Shown: positions 1 to 11,557, numbered from the whole stretch's first letter. The stretch: 62,883 nucleotides of DNA, filler included, from Octopus bimaculoides (GCF_001194135.2; 9 parts of 9 records of this genome joined end to end with filler, not necessarily neighbours in it); one strand, 5' to 3'. Notes: generated from the letters alone by a model not told the origin. A program made the numbers and translations.

Positions 1-370
1 TATGTGATCGCATTCTTCTGTCAAAAGCAGGATATGTGAATCACATGAAAACACATGAGGGTAGAAATTCCAGACACCCTAAATACCAACCGCCTTCTGC
101 GACCTGTGGCATATATCACAAGGTTTGTAAAACAATACCCGGACTTAAGAGACATATGCTGGTTCACAGAAGCGTTTCCTTAGAATCAGATACCAGCGGG
201 CAAGGATCAAGAGGCTTGAACATTTGTCATCTGTGCTGTAGACCTTGTCGCTCAGCAGCCGGACTTCAAGGTCACTTGAGGGCTCACCAACGGAGTGATT
301 GTGCTGCGTGATGATATGTGTGGATTGTTGATGGGATGGCTATCGTCTGTCAAGATGGAGCGGTCGTCAT
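1..370 (+). mobile_element. 3' end of an RTE-clade LINE: ORF2 C-terminal C2H2-like fingers plus short 3' UTR
   Basis: Frame open from base 3 to TGA at 309-311: CDRILLSKAGYVNHMKTH...CGIYHKVCKTIPGLKRHMLVH...CHLCCRPCRSAAGLQGHLRAH. There are no TGEKP linkers, the last finger resembles RTE ORF2 ends, and it is followed by an RTE-like 3' motif (gctatcgtctgtcaagatggagcgg). Confidence 0.65.
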
Positions 371-400
371 ATATAAGTGAAAAAATGTATAGTAAATGCA

Positions 401-895
401 CTAACGAAAACAGACACAGGTCCCTAATTCCTCATCAGTTATCGACCAGAGGGTAATTAAGCAATTTCTTGCCTTTAACGATAAGATTGGTTCCCAGCTG
501 GAGGCATCCACAAGAGTTGCGGATAATGTCGAACCGAGATCAAACAAACAATATATAGATAACAAGCGATACAGAAGTAGACATAAAATAATGAATAAAT
601 GTAAGACGATAGACGAAGGAATATTCTCAACTCTCATGGGACTGGCTATTTCATATTTGTCAATCGCCTGTCATCCATCACCATGTGGTGAACACGATCA
701 ATGTTTTCCTCGGTGGTGGAAGTTGCAGGACGTCCAGTCTTTGGGTCATCTTCAAGACTCTCCCTTCTCCTCTTAACTTCAGCTACCCACTTTTTCACTG
801 TTAAAGCTGGTGTGTCATCCCCTAATGTAGCAACCATGTCTACATGAATGTCCTTGCCGTCCTAACCCTTTTTATGCAGATACTTCATAACACCA
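401..895 (-). mobile_element. Degenerate mariner transposase N-terminal fragment (pseudogene)
   Basis: Minus-strand ORF 646-837 MVATLGDDTPALTVKKWVAEVKRRRESLEDDPKTGRPATSTTEENIDRVHHMVMDDRRLT matches the mariner HTH region. It is preceded by VMKYLHKKG, and ASSWEPILS downstream resembles VSARWVPRLL. Frameshifted. Confidence 0.8.
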
Positions 896-925
896 CTAGT
901 TACTTTTAATTGTTTCCCATACTTA

Positions 926-964
926 CAGTTGAAAAAGTCTCAACAATGACTGAAACCGGTACTG
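926..964 (+). ncRNA. Degenerate minimal type I hammerhead-like motif
   Basis: cag-TTGAAAA-agtc(tcaacaat)gact-GAAA-CCGGT-A-ctg: 4-bp stem II, GAAA, palindromic ACCGGT stem III and a GUA site. The core deviates from CUGANGA at two positions. Confidence 0.4.
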
Positions 965-1006
965 AAATGTTTTTTTCATAAAATTATTTTGGCATTTTCT
1001 ACCTTA

Positions 1007-1440
1007 ACTACTGTGTCCTGTTTGCCAAGGGAAGTTATCCCTACCATCATGATCTGTAGCACGAACGGACCCGGGTTTCAGGGTTATTTCCCTTCGTTAG
1101 CGTTCGATAGCCACTGATCTTTGATGAGAGAGATAAATCCTTGGCAATCTTATATATACTTTTCCAGTGAAATTCTTCTCTGATATCGAAAAGGTGAAAA
1201 CAAGCAATGTTAATTCTCTAAATGAAGTATTAACAGTAACTGCACGATAAAGTGTAGTATATTGCCACTTAAGTGTGGCTGACCCCTAGGGGTGGATGTT
1301 ACTGTTGCTTTTAGCCCCAGGAGGACATCTCCTCCAGCTGGCTTATCGACACACTACTGTGTCCTGTTTGCCAAGGGAAGTTATCCCTCCCATCATGATC
1401 TGTAGCACGAACGGACCCGGGTTTCAGGGTTATTTCCCTT
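1007..1440. repeat. 88-bp direct repeat (1007-1094 and 1353-1440), period 346 bp
   Basis: The two copies actactgtgtcctg...gggttatttccctt differ at one position by eye. Confidence 0.95.
1062..1106 (-). ncRNA. Minimal type I hammerhead ribozyme-like motif (single core substitution)
   Basis: Minus strand reads cgaacg-CTAACGA-aggg(aaataa)ccct-GAAA-CCCGGGT-C-cgttcg: perfect 6-bp stem I, 4-bp stem II, palindromic ACCCGGGT stem III and a GUC cleavage triplet. The core is CUAACGA versus CUGANGA. Confidence 0.75.
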
Positions 1441-1589
1441 GACAAAAATAAAAGAACACATAGAAAAGACATGGGCACGATAAAGTGCTTAAAGCATAAA
1501 CAATAGATGCAAACACATGATTATGATAACAATGATCATGCGATAAAACCAAAACACTAATTTGATTGCCCGAAGTGTTAAATAGATTG

Positions 1590-1815
1590 CTCCGAAACGA
1601 ATTTGAATGCTCGAAAAGACGCTTCCTCACATTCCGACTAATTTTGAATGCTCTCGACGGGCATTTTAAATTGAATGATGTAAATGCTAAATTCTCTGAC
1701 CGAAGTGCGAAATTGAATAATCGAAAAACGAATTTGAATGACTAACTTCATGGTGCTAAATTTCTCCGTGACTTTGAATGCCCCGACTATCAAATTGAAT
1801 GACAAACGTACGAAA
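1590..1815. repeat. Degenerate minisatellite with recurring (aa/tt)ttgaatg core
   Basis: About seven recurrences of ttgaatg/ttgaata at irregular 20-60 bp spacing. Confidence 0.5.
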
Positions 1816-1923
1816 ATGACTGCAAATATCTATATAAACTTATATATATATATATACATACATATATATATATATGTTTTAATGTCCTCTATTGCGTTTT
1901 TGTTCCATTTATATCTATATCTA

Positions 1924-1958
<35 letters not shown>

Positions 1959-3619
1959 GTATATATATAACGACGTACGTACACCCTGGTGCTCACCTTA
2001 TAGTAGGTATGTATCTAAATTTTGTACGATTCTTACTCTATCTTTTATTCCCCCCTCTCATTTTTCTTCCTTTTTCTCGCTCCCCCTCTCTCGCATTTCT
2101 TGGCCCTCTCTTTCTTTAACTCCCACTATTTCCCACTCGTTTATCTCCCCTGTACCTTTCTTATTGTCTCTGACTTTTTTCTAATCCTTCAATCCCGCTG
2201 CCTCCTACCCAACTCTCCTCCTTCCACGTGACCGGTGCCCGGCCAGCCAACACCTCTTATGTCTATCTCCCATGTTCCTGCCTTTAGACTTTCACTTCAT
2301 ACACGCCAACTCACTTTGATTCGCTCTCAGTCGAAAGACACCTGTTGTTATTTCTTGATGTTTGTACTCGTAATTGTGTACCATGTTCTCCGTTTTTTTT
2401 GTTTGTTTGTTTTTTGGTCTTCGTTGCCGTACACATTCGCTAGCTTTCTTACAAAGGGGTCTAATGCTCTTAGCTTATACTTTTTTGAGGGCAACCAGAT
2501 CGAACCATTTCAAGTGTAACTGCCTGAAATGGTCGTGACTTCTGGAACTTGACTGAGGAAAGAAAGCCACGAATGACCCGTCTTTTTTTTTTTTTGCTTG
2601 TCCTTCTAATTGTTGTTTCTCTTGTCCGCCATTGTNNNNNNNNNNNNNNNNNNNNNNNNNNNNNNNNNNNNNNNNNNNNNNNNNNNNNNNNNNNNNNNNN
2701 NNNNNNNNNNNNNNNNNNNNNNNNNNNNNNNNNNNNNNNNNNNNNNNNNNNNNNNNNNNNNNNNNNNNNNNNNNNNNNNNNNNNNNNNNNNNNNNNNNNN
2801 NNNNNNNNNNNNNNNNNNNNNNNNNNNNNNNNNNNNNNNNNNNNNNNNNNNNNNNNNNNNNNNNNNNNNNNNNNNNNNNNNNNNNNNNNNNNNNNNNNNN
2901 NNNNNNNNNNNNNNNNNNNNNNNNNNNNNNNNNNNNNNNNNNNNNNNNNNNNNNNNNNNNNNNNNNNNNNNNNNNNNNNNNNNNNNNNNNNNNNNNNNNN
3001 NNNNNNNNNNNNNNNNNNNNNNNNNNNNNNNNNNNNNNNNNNNNNNNNNNNNNNNNNNNNNNNNNNNNNNNNNNNNNNNNNNNNNNNNNNNNNNNNNNNN
3101 NNNNNNNNNNNNNNNNNNNNNNNNNNTAATGCCCCTTATATAAATATAAACGTATAATTATATTCTTGGGAATAGAAATTTCCCTTATGAATTTTTTTAC
3201 ACTCTGGCTTCTTGATAAAATTCTTGTAAAAGAGTTTTATCCCTTTTTGAATTTATTAATCAAATATATACACGGAATATATTCAATGCGGAATTGTTTT
3301 ATTCCTCTCTCAACGCATGTGCCAAGACAATCCAGTTGTATTTCCCGCTTCTTTGCTGAAGATATATACAGATAAACTTCATTCCCTTTGCTTTACGGAA
3401 GGTGTTCGTTTTTGGTAAGGTGAGAATTCTGTTTATTTGTATATGTTTTTCATAAACAATACTATGCTGACGTGCGGAGTCTAGATCCATTCTAGTAATC
3501 GCGAAATCGGCCGATTCATAGTTGAGTTATTTATATATATATATATATATGAACACGCACACACGCACACACGCACGCACACACGTCCACAAATATCCAC
3601 AGACAAGTAATCCTCGGCA

Positions 3620-4188
3620 AATTGAGCAAGTATATTCTACTGTAGCCTCGGGCCGGCCGATGTCTTGTGAGTGAATTTAGTAGACGGACACTCTGTGGAA
3701 GACTGTCGTGTATATATGTGCTTCTGTGTGTGACTGTTTTTGTTTCTTCCCCTCAAGCTTGATAACTGCTCTCGGTTTGTTTACGTCCCCTTAACTTAGC
3801 TGTTGGGGAAAGAAACCCATTGTATAAGTAGCAGACCTAAAAATAAGTACTGTTGTCTATTTGTTCGACTAGACCAGTGTTTCTCAACTGGGTTCCATAT
3901 GACCCTCGGAGGGTCCATATAATATTTTCTTGTTAAACTTTTTGTGCAATAAATTGGTTGTACTTCTACAATACACAAAATATACCACTTTCTCTTATAC
4001 AATTCCTAATAATATTTAATCATAAACATACGATATCAGGGATTGCTATGTAGGTCCATTTCATGTAAAATCAGAATCAAAGGGATCAATAAGCAAAGAA
4101 TGGTCGAGTACAACTGGACTAGACCGGACCGATGAAGGCGATGCCTTATCGGGTCCGCAGTCCTACGATGAAAACAAGTATAAGTTTA
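3620..4188 (+). mobile_element. SINE family A, degenerate, split by a hAT MITE
   Basis: Homologous to the full-length copy at 48582-48968 (tagcctcgggccg, tagacgga, tttacgtcccc). The 3' part resumes at 4117 after the MITE. Confidence 0.75.
3875..4116. mobile_element. hAT-type MITE with 8-bp TSD
   Basis: Starts cagtgtttctcaac and ends gtcgagtacaactg. Perfect TSD GACTAGAC at 3867-3874 and 4117-4124. Confidence 0.85.
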
Positions 4189-4210
4189 AAAAATGTTCAC
4201 ACACATACAA

Positions 4211-4247
<37 letters not shown>

Positions 4248-4909
4248 NNNNNNNNNNNNNNNNNNNNNNNNNNNNNNNNNNNNNNNNNNNNNNNNNNNNN
4301 NNNNNNNNNNNNNNNNNNNNNNNNNNNNNNCTCACACACACACCTTATCTTTACGCAGACACTTTCTTATGTACACGTCCATACACCCCCCCCTTTATAC
4401 AGACTCACAAACATTGTATATACATACAAACAGTGTACATACATATATGCGAATATGTGTGTGTATGTGTGCACGTCAACCTCCCACCCCACTTGCCTCA
4501 GTATTTCTTTCTCCTATTTCATCGTTAATAAAACCTAAATCCTGTGTTGGCCACCTTTGACCTTGTCACTGATACTCTCCTCTAGTCTGTCTCATGATGG
4601 CTAGAATGAAATGGAGTATCAATGTCTACGCCGTATGTGTGTGTGTGTCAGTGTATGTGTGTATGTGTCTAAGTGTATGTGTAAAGGCGTGTGTGCGTGT
4701 GCATCTTTAAATATACATATATATATATGTGTGTGTAGTGTCAATTATTCTCTAAATGTATATGTATATATATGTAAGTGTACTTGTATATGCATATGTG
4801 TGTGTGTGTGTGAGTGGGTGAGTATGAGTGAGTGTGTCTTTAAAAGTACGTGCTTGTATGTATAGAAGATTCTTTAAATATAAATAGATGCACACATACA
4901 CACACACGC

Positions 4910-4965
<56 letters not shown>

Positions 4966-5737
4966 ATGTATTTGTATGTGCATGTATATGAATGTGTGTT
5001 TATGTGCATTTGTTTGTATGTATGATGGTGTGCATGTGTGCATATATGTGGGCGTGTGTAAAGATGTGGGTGTCTTTTAAAGTATGTATATGTATATATA
5101 TATATAGAATATTTCTGGAAATACACACACATTTATATATGTGTATATGTAAGTGTGTGTGTGTGTGTGTGTGTCTATGTGTGTGCATGCGTATGTGTGT
5201 GGGGGTGTAGAGGCATGTGTGTATTTCTAATACGTCCGTTTGGGTGTGTATGTGTGGGTGGGTGGGTTTATATGCAATGGTTTATGCGTGTGTTTCCATG
5301 CATCCGTTTACGTGTGTGTGTATGTGTGTGTGTGTGTGTGTGTGTGCCTCTGTGTGTGGGTGGGGGTTGTGGATGTGCATAGTTAAACTGGGTTAGTTAC
5401 AAAATGTGTCTATTTTCATATAAATTTTGGTTTCTAGTATTGAATCACAGTTGAATGACTGAAACAGGAGCAAGGAGCAGTGTGGGAGAGAGAGAGAGAG
5501 AGGTATGTGGGAAGGGAGAAACGCAAGAAAGACTGAGAAAGAGAAAGAGAACAGAAAAAGAAGGAAAGAAGAAAGAGGAGAAAAAAAGGAGAGAGAAAGA
5601 GAGAAGATAATATACAGAAACCAATGAGCATGACGTGTGTGTGTGTGTGTGTATGTGTGTACGAAAGCGGGAGGAATAGAGAGAAAAGAGAGAGAAGAGA
5701 ATTTTATTGAGAGGGTAGTAGAAAGATAGACAGGCAG

Positions 5738-5777
<40 letters not shown>

Positions 5778-6059
5778 GAATTCAGCGGTTATATCCGAGC
5801 TACTTCAAGTTTCATGTGCAGACAGTGCAGTAAGGAAACGGAGTTGTATAGTGTACTATACACGATCTGGCAACTGTTCAGACTCAAATGACATGACTAC
5901 TCTATAACTTCTGAATTTATTCATCAAAGGATATTTATCTCACACAAGAATTTGTACTTTTTGCCAATCCTATCAACAGATGAACGTTACACTATATTAT
6001 ACATACATACTATATTATATTATATTATATCATATTATATTATATTATATTATATTACA

Positions 6060-6130
6060 TCTCTACTATATAAATGAGAGTTTATGAGTATGTATGCATA
6101 TATAGCACCAAAATTTTCTGAAACGGTACG
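6060..6130 (+). mobile_element. Possible Helitron-like 5' terminus (a similar motif occurs at 56165-56210)
   Basis: A|TCtctactatattaaatgagag resembles 5' ends of non-autonomous Helitron-like repeats. No 3' end was found. Confidence 0.3.
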
Positions 6131-7149
6131 TTCTTGAGAAAAAAATAAATTTCATTTTTGATTTTCGAAATCTGCGTCGCAAATGAAAAACTTTCGGTAA
6201 ATAATACTCAAAAAATATATGATACAAACCTCCTCTCCATTGAATCTCCTCTCTCTGCCATATCTGTTTATCTGTTTCTGTCTTTTACGTTTTCCCTCTC
6301 TCTACATATATTTACCACTCTCTCTCTCACTCTTTTCTCTTTATATGTATATATTTCACACATGCTACTCTCTCCTTTTTTGTATCTCTTGAAACGACAT
6401 GTAATTGCTTTAATTTTGTTTAAAACTTCGTCACTGTAAATGTTAGCTTTCATTTTGTGGTAAACAGCTATCATGCTGGAAATGTTTGCCTCCATGTCCT
6501 GTTTTCTGATTGGGTAAAAATTTAAACATCTATAACAGTTTTCAAAAGTCTTTCCTTGAATAAATGAATCACAAAATGGAATTCAGCACAAGAAATTACA
6601 TCAGTATGCCAAATTTGACAATTTTCATTCAATCTTGATATCTCAAAATCTGTGACAGTAACAGTACCTATCTCTCTCCGAGCAATCGCACAAACACAAG
6701 AGACTAAGTTCCGTTTCAATTGAAACGACTTCAATTTTCAGCGAGTCTTAAGTTTTACCATGACCATCAACAAATCGCAAAGGCAAATATTTTCGGTTTC
6801 CAGTTTACACCTTGAGCTCTGCTTCACTTATGGTCCGCTCTATGATGGATGTTCAAGAGTAAGAAGTAAAAAAAAAGTCCTTACATTTGTGCACCAAATG
6901 AAAAAGCAAAAAAGTTCGTTTATCGAGATAGTATGAATTACCCCAAAATATAGAGAAATTTGTCCTAATTAAAAGGTCTATCCGACGAGGAAGACATAGT
7001 TTTATNNNNNNNNNNNNNNNNNNNNNNNNNNNNNNNNNNNNNNNNNNNNNNNNNNNNNNNNNNNNNNNNNNNNNNNNNNNNNNNNNNNNNNNNNNNNNNN
7101 NNNNNNNNNNNNNNNNNNNNNNNNNNNNNNNNNNNNNNNNNNNNNNNNN

Positions 7150-7181
<32 letters not shown>

Positions 7182-7216
7182 ATATATAGTTGTGTATATG
7201 CAGGCATATAAACGTA

Positions 7217-8046
7217 CAAGGTCTGATCAATAAGTATCCGGACTGTTGCCATAGTAACGAAGAGTATGCATGCAGAGTAGAGCCACTTGACAAAGATTGA
7301 CCGTGAACTCGGCTGTGCATGCACACTAAGATTTTACTTTCTAGCGCACTTCTGCTGTTTACAGCAGTGCTTGGAAGCAACGTGTGCAGCGTGTGATCGT
7401 CACATTGACCATGACAGAGAAAGCTGTCATGGCGATACCTGCTCGGAGGCCTACGCAAAGTTGCAGAAAGTGTATGGAGAAGAGTGTATAAGCCGCACAA
7501 ATGTGTATGAGTGGTTCAGATGTTTCCAAGATGACCACAAAAATGTTGGTATTGACGAACGTCCTGGGAGACCCGCAACAAGGAGAACTAGGAAAAACAT
7601 TGCAGATGTGCGTGCAGCTGTAAGGGAAACTCGTCGAATCAACATCCATAAATTATCAGAGGATGTGCAGATTAGTTACAGTTCAGTTCAATCCATTATC
7701 TCTGAAGATTTGGGTATGAGACGCGTGTCTGCCCAGTTTGTGCCAAAAATGCTTTCAGCTGACCAAAAAGACACTCGGGTTTCAGTTGCACAAGATCTTG
7801 ATTGTGTCGAGAACGATGAAAACTTTTCGCAAACTTTGCGTAGGCCTGTGAGCAGGTATCACTAAACTTTTGGCAAAATTTGATGCAGATTCTTTGCTCA
7901 GCTTTCTACGTCATGGTCAATTCGACGACCAAGTGCGCATGCACAACAGAGTTCAAGGTCAATCTGTGCCAAGCAGCTTTACTTTGCATGCTTTAACTTC
8001 GTTACTATGGCAACAGTCCGGATACTTATTGATCAGGCCAGTCCAT
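7217..8046 (+). mobile_element. Internally deleted mariner element with TIRs
   Basis: 43-bp TIRs at 7220-7262 and 7997-8039 (1 mismatch), with TA at the left end. ORF 7287-7865 encodes the HTH region (EAYAKLQKVYGEECISRTNVYEWF...ERPGRP...LGMRRVSAQFVPKMLSADQK). The catalytic DDD domain is absent. Confidence 0.92.
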
Positions 8047-8137
8047 ATGCTTGTATACTTATACACATATATATGCATATATACATACATACATAATACA
8101 TACATACATACATACATACATACATACATACATGCAT

Positions 8138-8438
8138 CCAGAAAGGAGAAAGCTGATTGAAAGACTACAGATCCAAACCATCATTAGAACTGTAAAAATA
8201 TGTAAAACTTTCCAGAAGTTTACCATTTAAGTATATATGTGCATGTCGAGACATGCAAACATATGCATGAGAGTACATATATAAAAGAAAACTTACTAAT
8301 CTGCACATGCACTGACTCCAAATACTGCAAAAACCTCAGTTGGTGTTGTGAGAATTTCAATGAAGAAACCTTGAATCTAGGTTAGAATCTGCCTTTTTCT
8401 GTATTCGCAAGAAATCTTGAAATTAAACTGAAGAATGA
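8138..8438 (+). mobile_element. 5'-truncated R4/Dong-like LINE 3' end within a (CATA)n array
   Basis: PERRKLIERLQIQTIIRTVKICKTFQKFTI* (8138-8230) plus 3' UTR. It aligns by eye to the 3' part of the RLE LINE at 56499-57110 and has (CATA)n on both sides. Confidence 0.75.
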
Positions 8439-8952
8439 CATACATACATACATACATACATACGTACATACATGCATGCATGCATACATACATACATACA
8501 TACATACTACNNNNNNNNNNCACATCTGTATACATGCATGCATGCATGCATGTATGTATGTATGTATGTATGTATGTATGTATGTATGTATGCATGCATG
8601 TATGTATTTATGTATGTATATATATATGAAAGAAATAACTCATTTAACCAAAGTGATACATATTCTATTTATTTCATATCTTTTTATTTTTTTGAAAAGG
8701 AAATTCCATAAAGTTATATCAGTTAAAAATACAAAGAATCTGTGGCCTCGTTTTGTAAGAGCTTAGTGGAACTTGATAAAGAATTTTACATCTGGAATAA
8801 ATGACATTGACCTTTACAATCAAGACCACCTCCACCCAACACTGCATACCACGTTTCAACATGAAGCAGCGTGCTTCTGTTGGCTGTTATAGATATATCT
8901 GTTGCCTCAAGTAATTAATCCTTAGAAATTACTAGTTACAAAACCTCTACAT

Positions 8953-9292
8953 CAATGATTCTCAACTCTTTTTTTTTTTTATCAATGGGCCTCTTAGATT
9001 ACTGTTTTATTCTGGTGGGCACCCATAACCATTCGATGTTTAAAAACTGGTTTTATAGAAACTTCTTTTAAAATTCTTATTTTGTGTAGCACTCAATCAC
9101 TTGTGTAGACTGAACTATGTAAAATGTCAAAGAGAGAAGCCTAACTTTTTCTTGCAATAAGTAAACCGAAAACAAAAATTTCTCATGGAGCCATAAAATA
9201 TTATTATTATTATTACTATTTTGCTTGTGTGGGCCGCCCAAAATTTTACATGGACGCAAAGGGCTCATATGGACCTCAGTTGAGAGCCATTG
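8953..9292. mobile_element. hAT-type MITE with 8-bp TSD
   Basis: TIRs caatgattctcaact / agttgagagccattg (13 of 15 match). Perfect TSD CTCTACAT at 8945-8952 and 9293-9300. Confidence 0.88.
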
Positions 9293-9598
9293 CTCTACAT
9301 TGTCGCGATATGCTAGAAATTGTAACCAATTTAGCATCAAAATTGTATCCAACGTCAAAATCGGCAACTCAGTTTTCGAATGGATAAGGAAGATACGCAC
9401 GCACACGCACACGCGCACACACATACACTCACACACACACGCACACACGCACACAAACGCGCACGCACGCACGCACACACACACACACACACACACACGC
9501 ATACAAACTCTCTTCTATATATATGTAAGACCCCCCTGTCGTTCTCTCTGTCTCTCACATTCTCTGTCTCCTCCCCTTCTCTAATATCAGCCACCACC

Positions 9599-9819
9599 AT
9601 CATTATGCCACATTGCCCTGAACCTAACACTTTTGCACCCTTCTCATTTTATCATGTAATACCCCAAACCCCGTAGTCCATTAACAGTTTTTATTGAAAT
9701 TCGATTAGCCTATAATTGAATTGGATGTCAGTTCAACATGTATACAAAGTCTGGTGAAGATTGGTTCCCTGGTTTGGGCAGCAAGATGGTAACAGACAGA
9801 CAGATATTGCCATTTATAT

Positions 9820-9890
<71 letters not shown>
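9599..9890 (+). repeat. Copy 1 of a ~225-bp duplicated segment ending in (CA)n; Helitron/HINE-like 3' region
   Basis: Near-identical to 10734-10958. It contains caaagtctggtgaagattgg...acagacagacag, a layout typical of non-autonomous Helitron-like repeats (family call is inference). Confidence 0.8.
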
Positions 9891-9906
<16 letters not shown>

Positions 9907-10733
9907 GTTTTTGACCACCTACTTCATATTGTTTCAAATTTTTATGAAGTTTTACTGATATTTGATAAAATGAAATACATCGAAACCGGTAAAATTAGTA
10001 TTTTTATTTCTATATTTTATTAAATTCCCTCTTAAATTGAAATGTCTTCGACTTACTTCTGTGCAATTTCCACCTTCATCTTTTTTATATTTAAAAATTT
10101 GATTTGTATAGATCTCTAATCTTTTTCCATGTGTGTGTATACATATAGATAGACACATACGTACATACATAATACATACATACATACACACATATATATA
10201 TACATGCATACGTATATACATGCATACATAGGTTTGATTAGAATTATAAGTGAAACTGTCGGCCCTCGAATCACTTTTGAAAATTTCTGCTGAACAGAAA
10301 TAATAAAAAGATATATATATATATTTTATATATGAATATATATGTATATGAATACACATCCATTTACACTATATACACATACATTTATAGATATATTTGC
10401 TATATACACATTTAGGCATATATATGTATACACACATACACACACACAAACACAGACGCACATGCTCATACAAGCATCTACCTGTATGTATTGCTTGTGA
10501 ATGCGAATGGAAGAAAAATAGACAAAACGGAGTGAGAAAAGACAGAAATATGAAGAAAGAGAGAGAAACAAAAAGAGTGAAAGAGAAAGCAAGAGAGAGA
10601 GGTGGGTGAGAGAAAGCAAACAAAATGGAAATAGACAATACAAAGAGCAGAAAATCTTTGGAATCTAAAGCTGAGTCCTTTAACAAGTCTAGAAAACTGA
10701 GATTGTTATCGTTCAACTATTTGCTTTAATATT

Positions 10734-10954
10734 ATCATTATGCCACATTTCCCTGAACGTAACACTTTTGCACCCCTCTCATTTTATCATGTAATACCCC
10801 AAACCCCGTAGTCCATTAACGATTTTTATTGAAATCCGATTAGCCTATAATTGAATTGGATGTCAGTTCAACATGTATACAAAGTCTGGTGAAGATTGGT
10901 TCCCTGGTTTGGGCAGCAAGATGGTAACAGACAGACAGATATTGCCATTTATAT

Positions 10955-10990
<36 letters not shown>
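10734..10990 (+). repeat. Copy 2 of the ~225-bp duplicated segment ending in (CA)n
   Basis: Only a handful of substitutions versus 9599-9823. Confidence 0.8.
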
Positions 10991-10996
<6 letters not shown>

Positions 10997-11557
10997 TATA
11001 TATNNNNNNNNNNNNNNNNNNNNNNNNNNNNNNNNNNNNNNNNNNNNNNNNNNNNNNNNNNNNNNNNNNNNNNNNNNNNNNNNNNNNNNNNNNNNNNNNN
11101 NNNNNNNNNNNNNNNNNNNNNNNNNNNNNNNNNNNNNNNNNNNNNNNNNNNNNNNNNNNNNNNNNNNNNNNNNNNNNNNNNNNNNNNNNNNNNNNNNNNN
11201 NNNNNNNNNNNNNNNNNNNNNNNNNNNNNNNNNNNNNNNNNNNNNNNNNNNNNNNNNNNNNNNNNNNNNNNNNNNNNNNNNNNNNNNNNNNNNNNNNNNN
11301 NNNNNNNNNNNNNNNNNNNNNNNNNNNNNNNNNNNNNNNNNNNNNNNNNNNNNNNNNNNNNNNNNNNNNNNNNNNNNNNNNNNNNNNNNNNNNNNNNNNN
11401 NNNNNNNNNNNNNNNNNNNNNNNNNNNNNNNNNNNNNNNNNNNNNNNNNNNNNATGTATAGTCACAATGAAGATATTTAAACCTCTTATAGGGATATTCA
11501 TTCAAGATACACTGGTTTAATATTGAAGAGATAATTCTTCAATGAATATATTATATG

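Noticed and set aside
3-311. Host C2H2 zinc-finger gene
   Set aside because: Irregular spacers without TGEKP, a Cys-to-Tyr change in finger 2 and an RTE-like 3' end favour a LINE ORF2 terminus. A host gene is not fully excluded.
6712-6727. 16-bp perfect palindrome cgtttcaattgaaacg
   Set aside because: Isolated, with no context or second copy to support a function.
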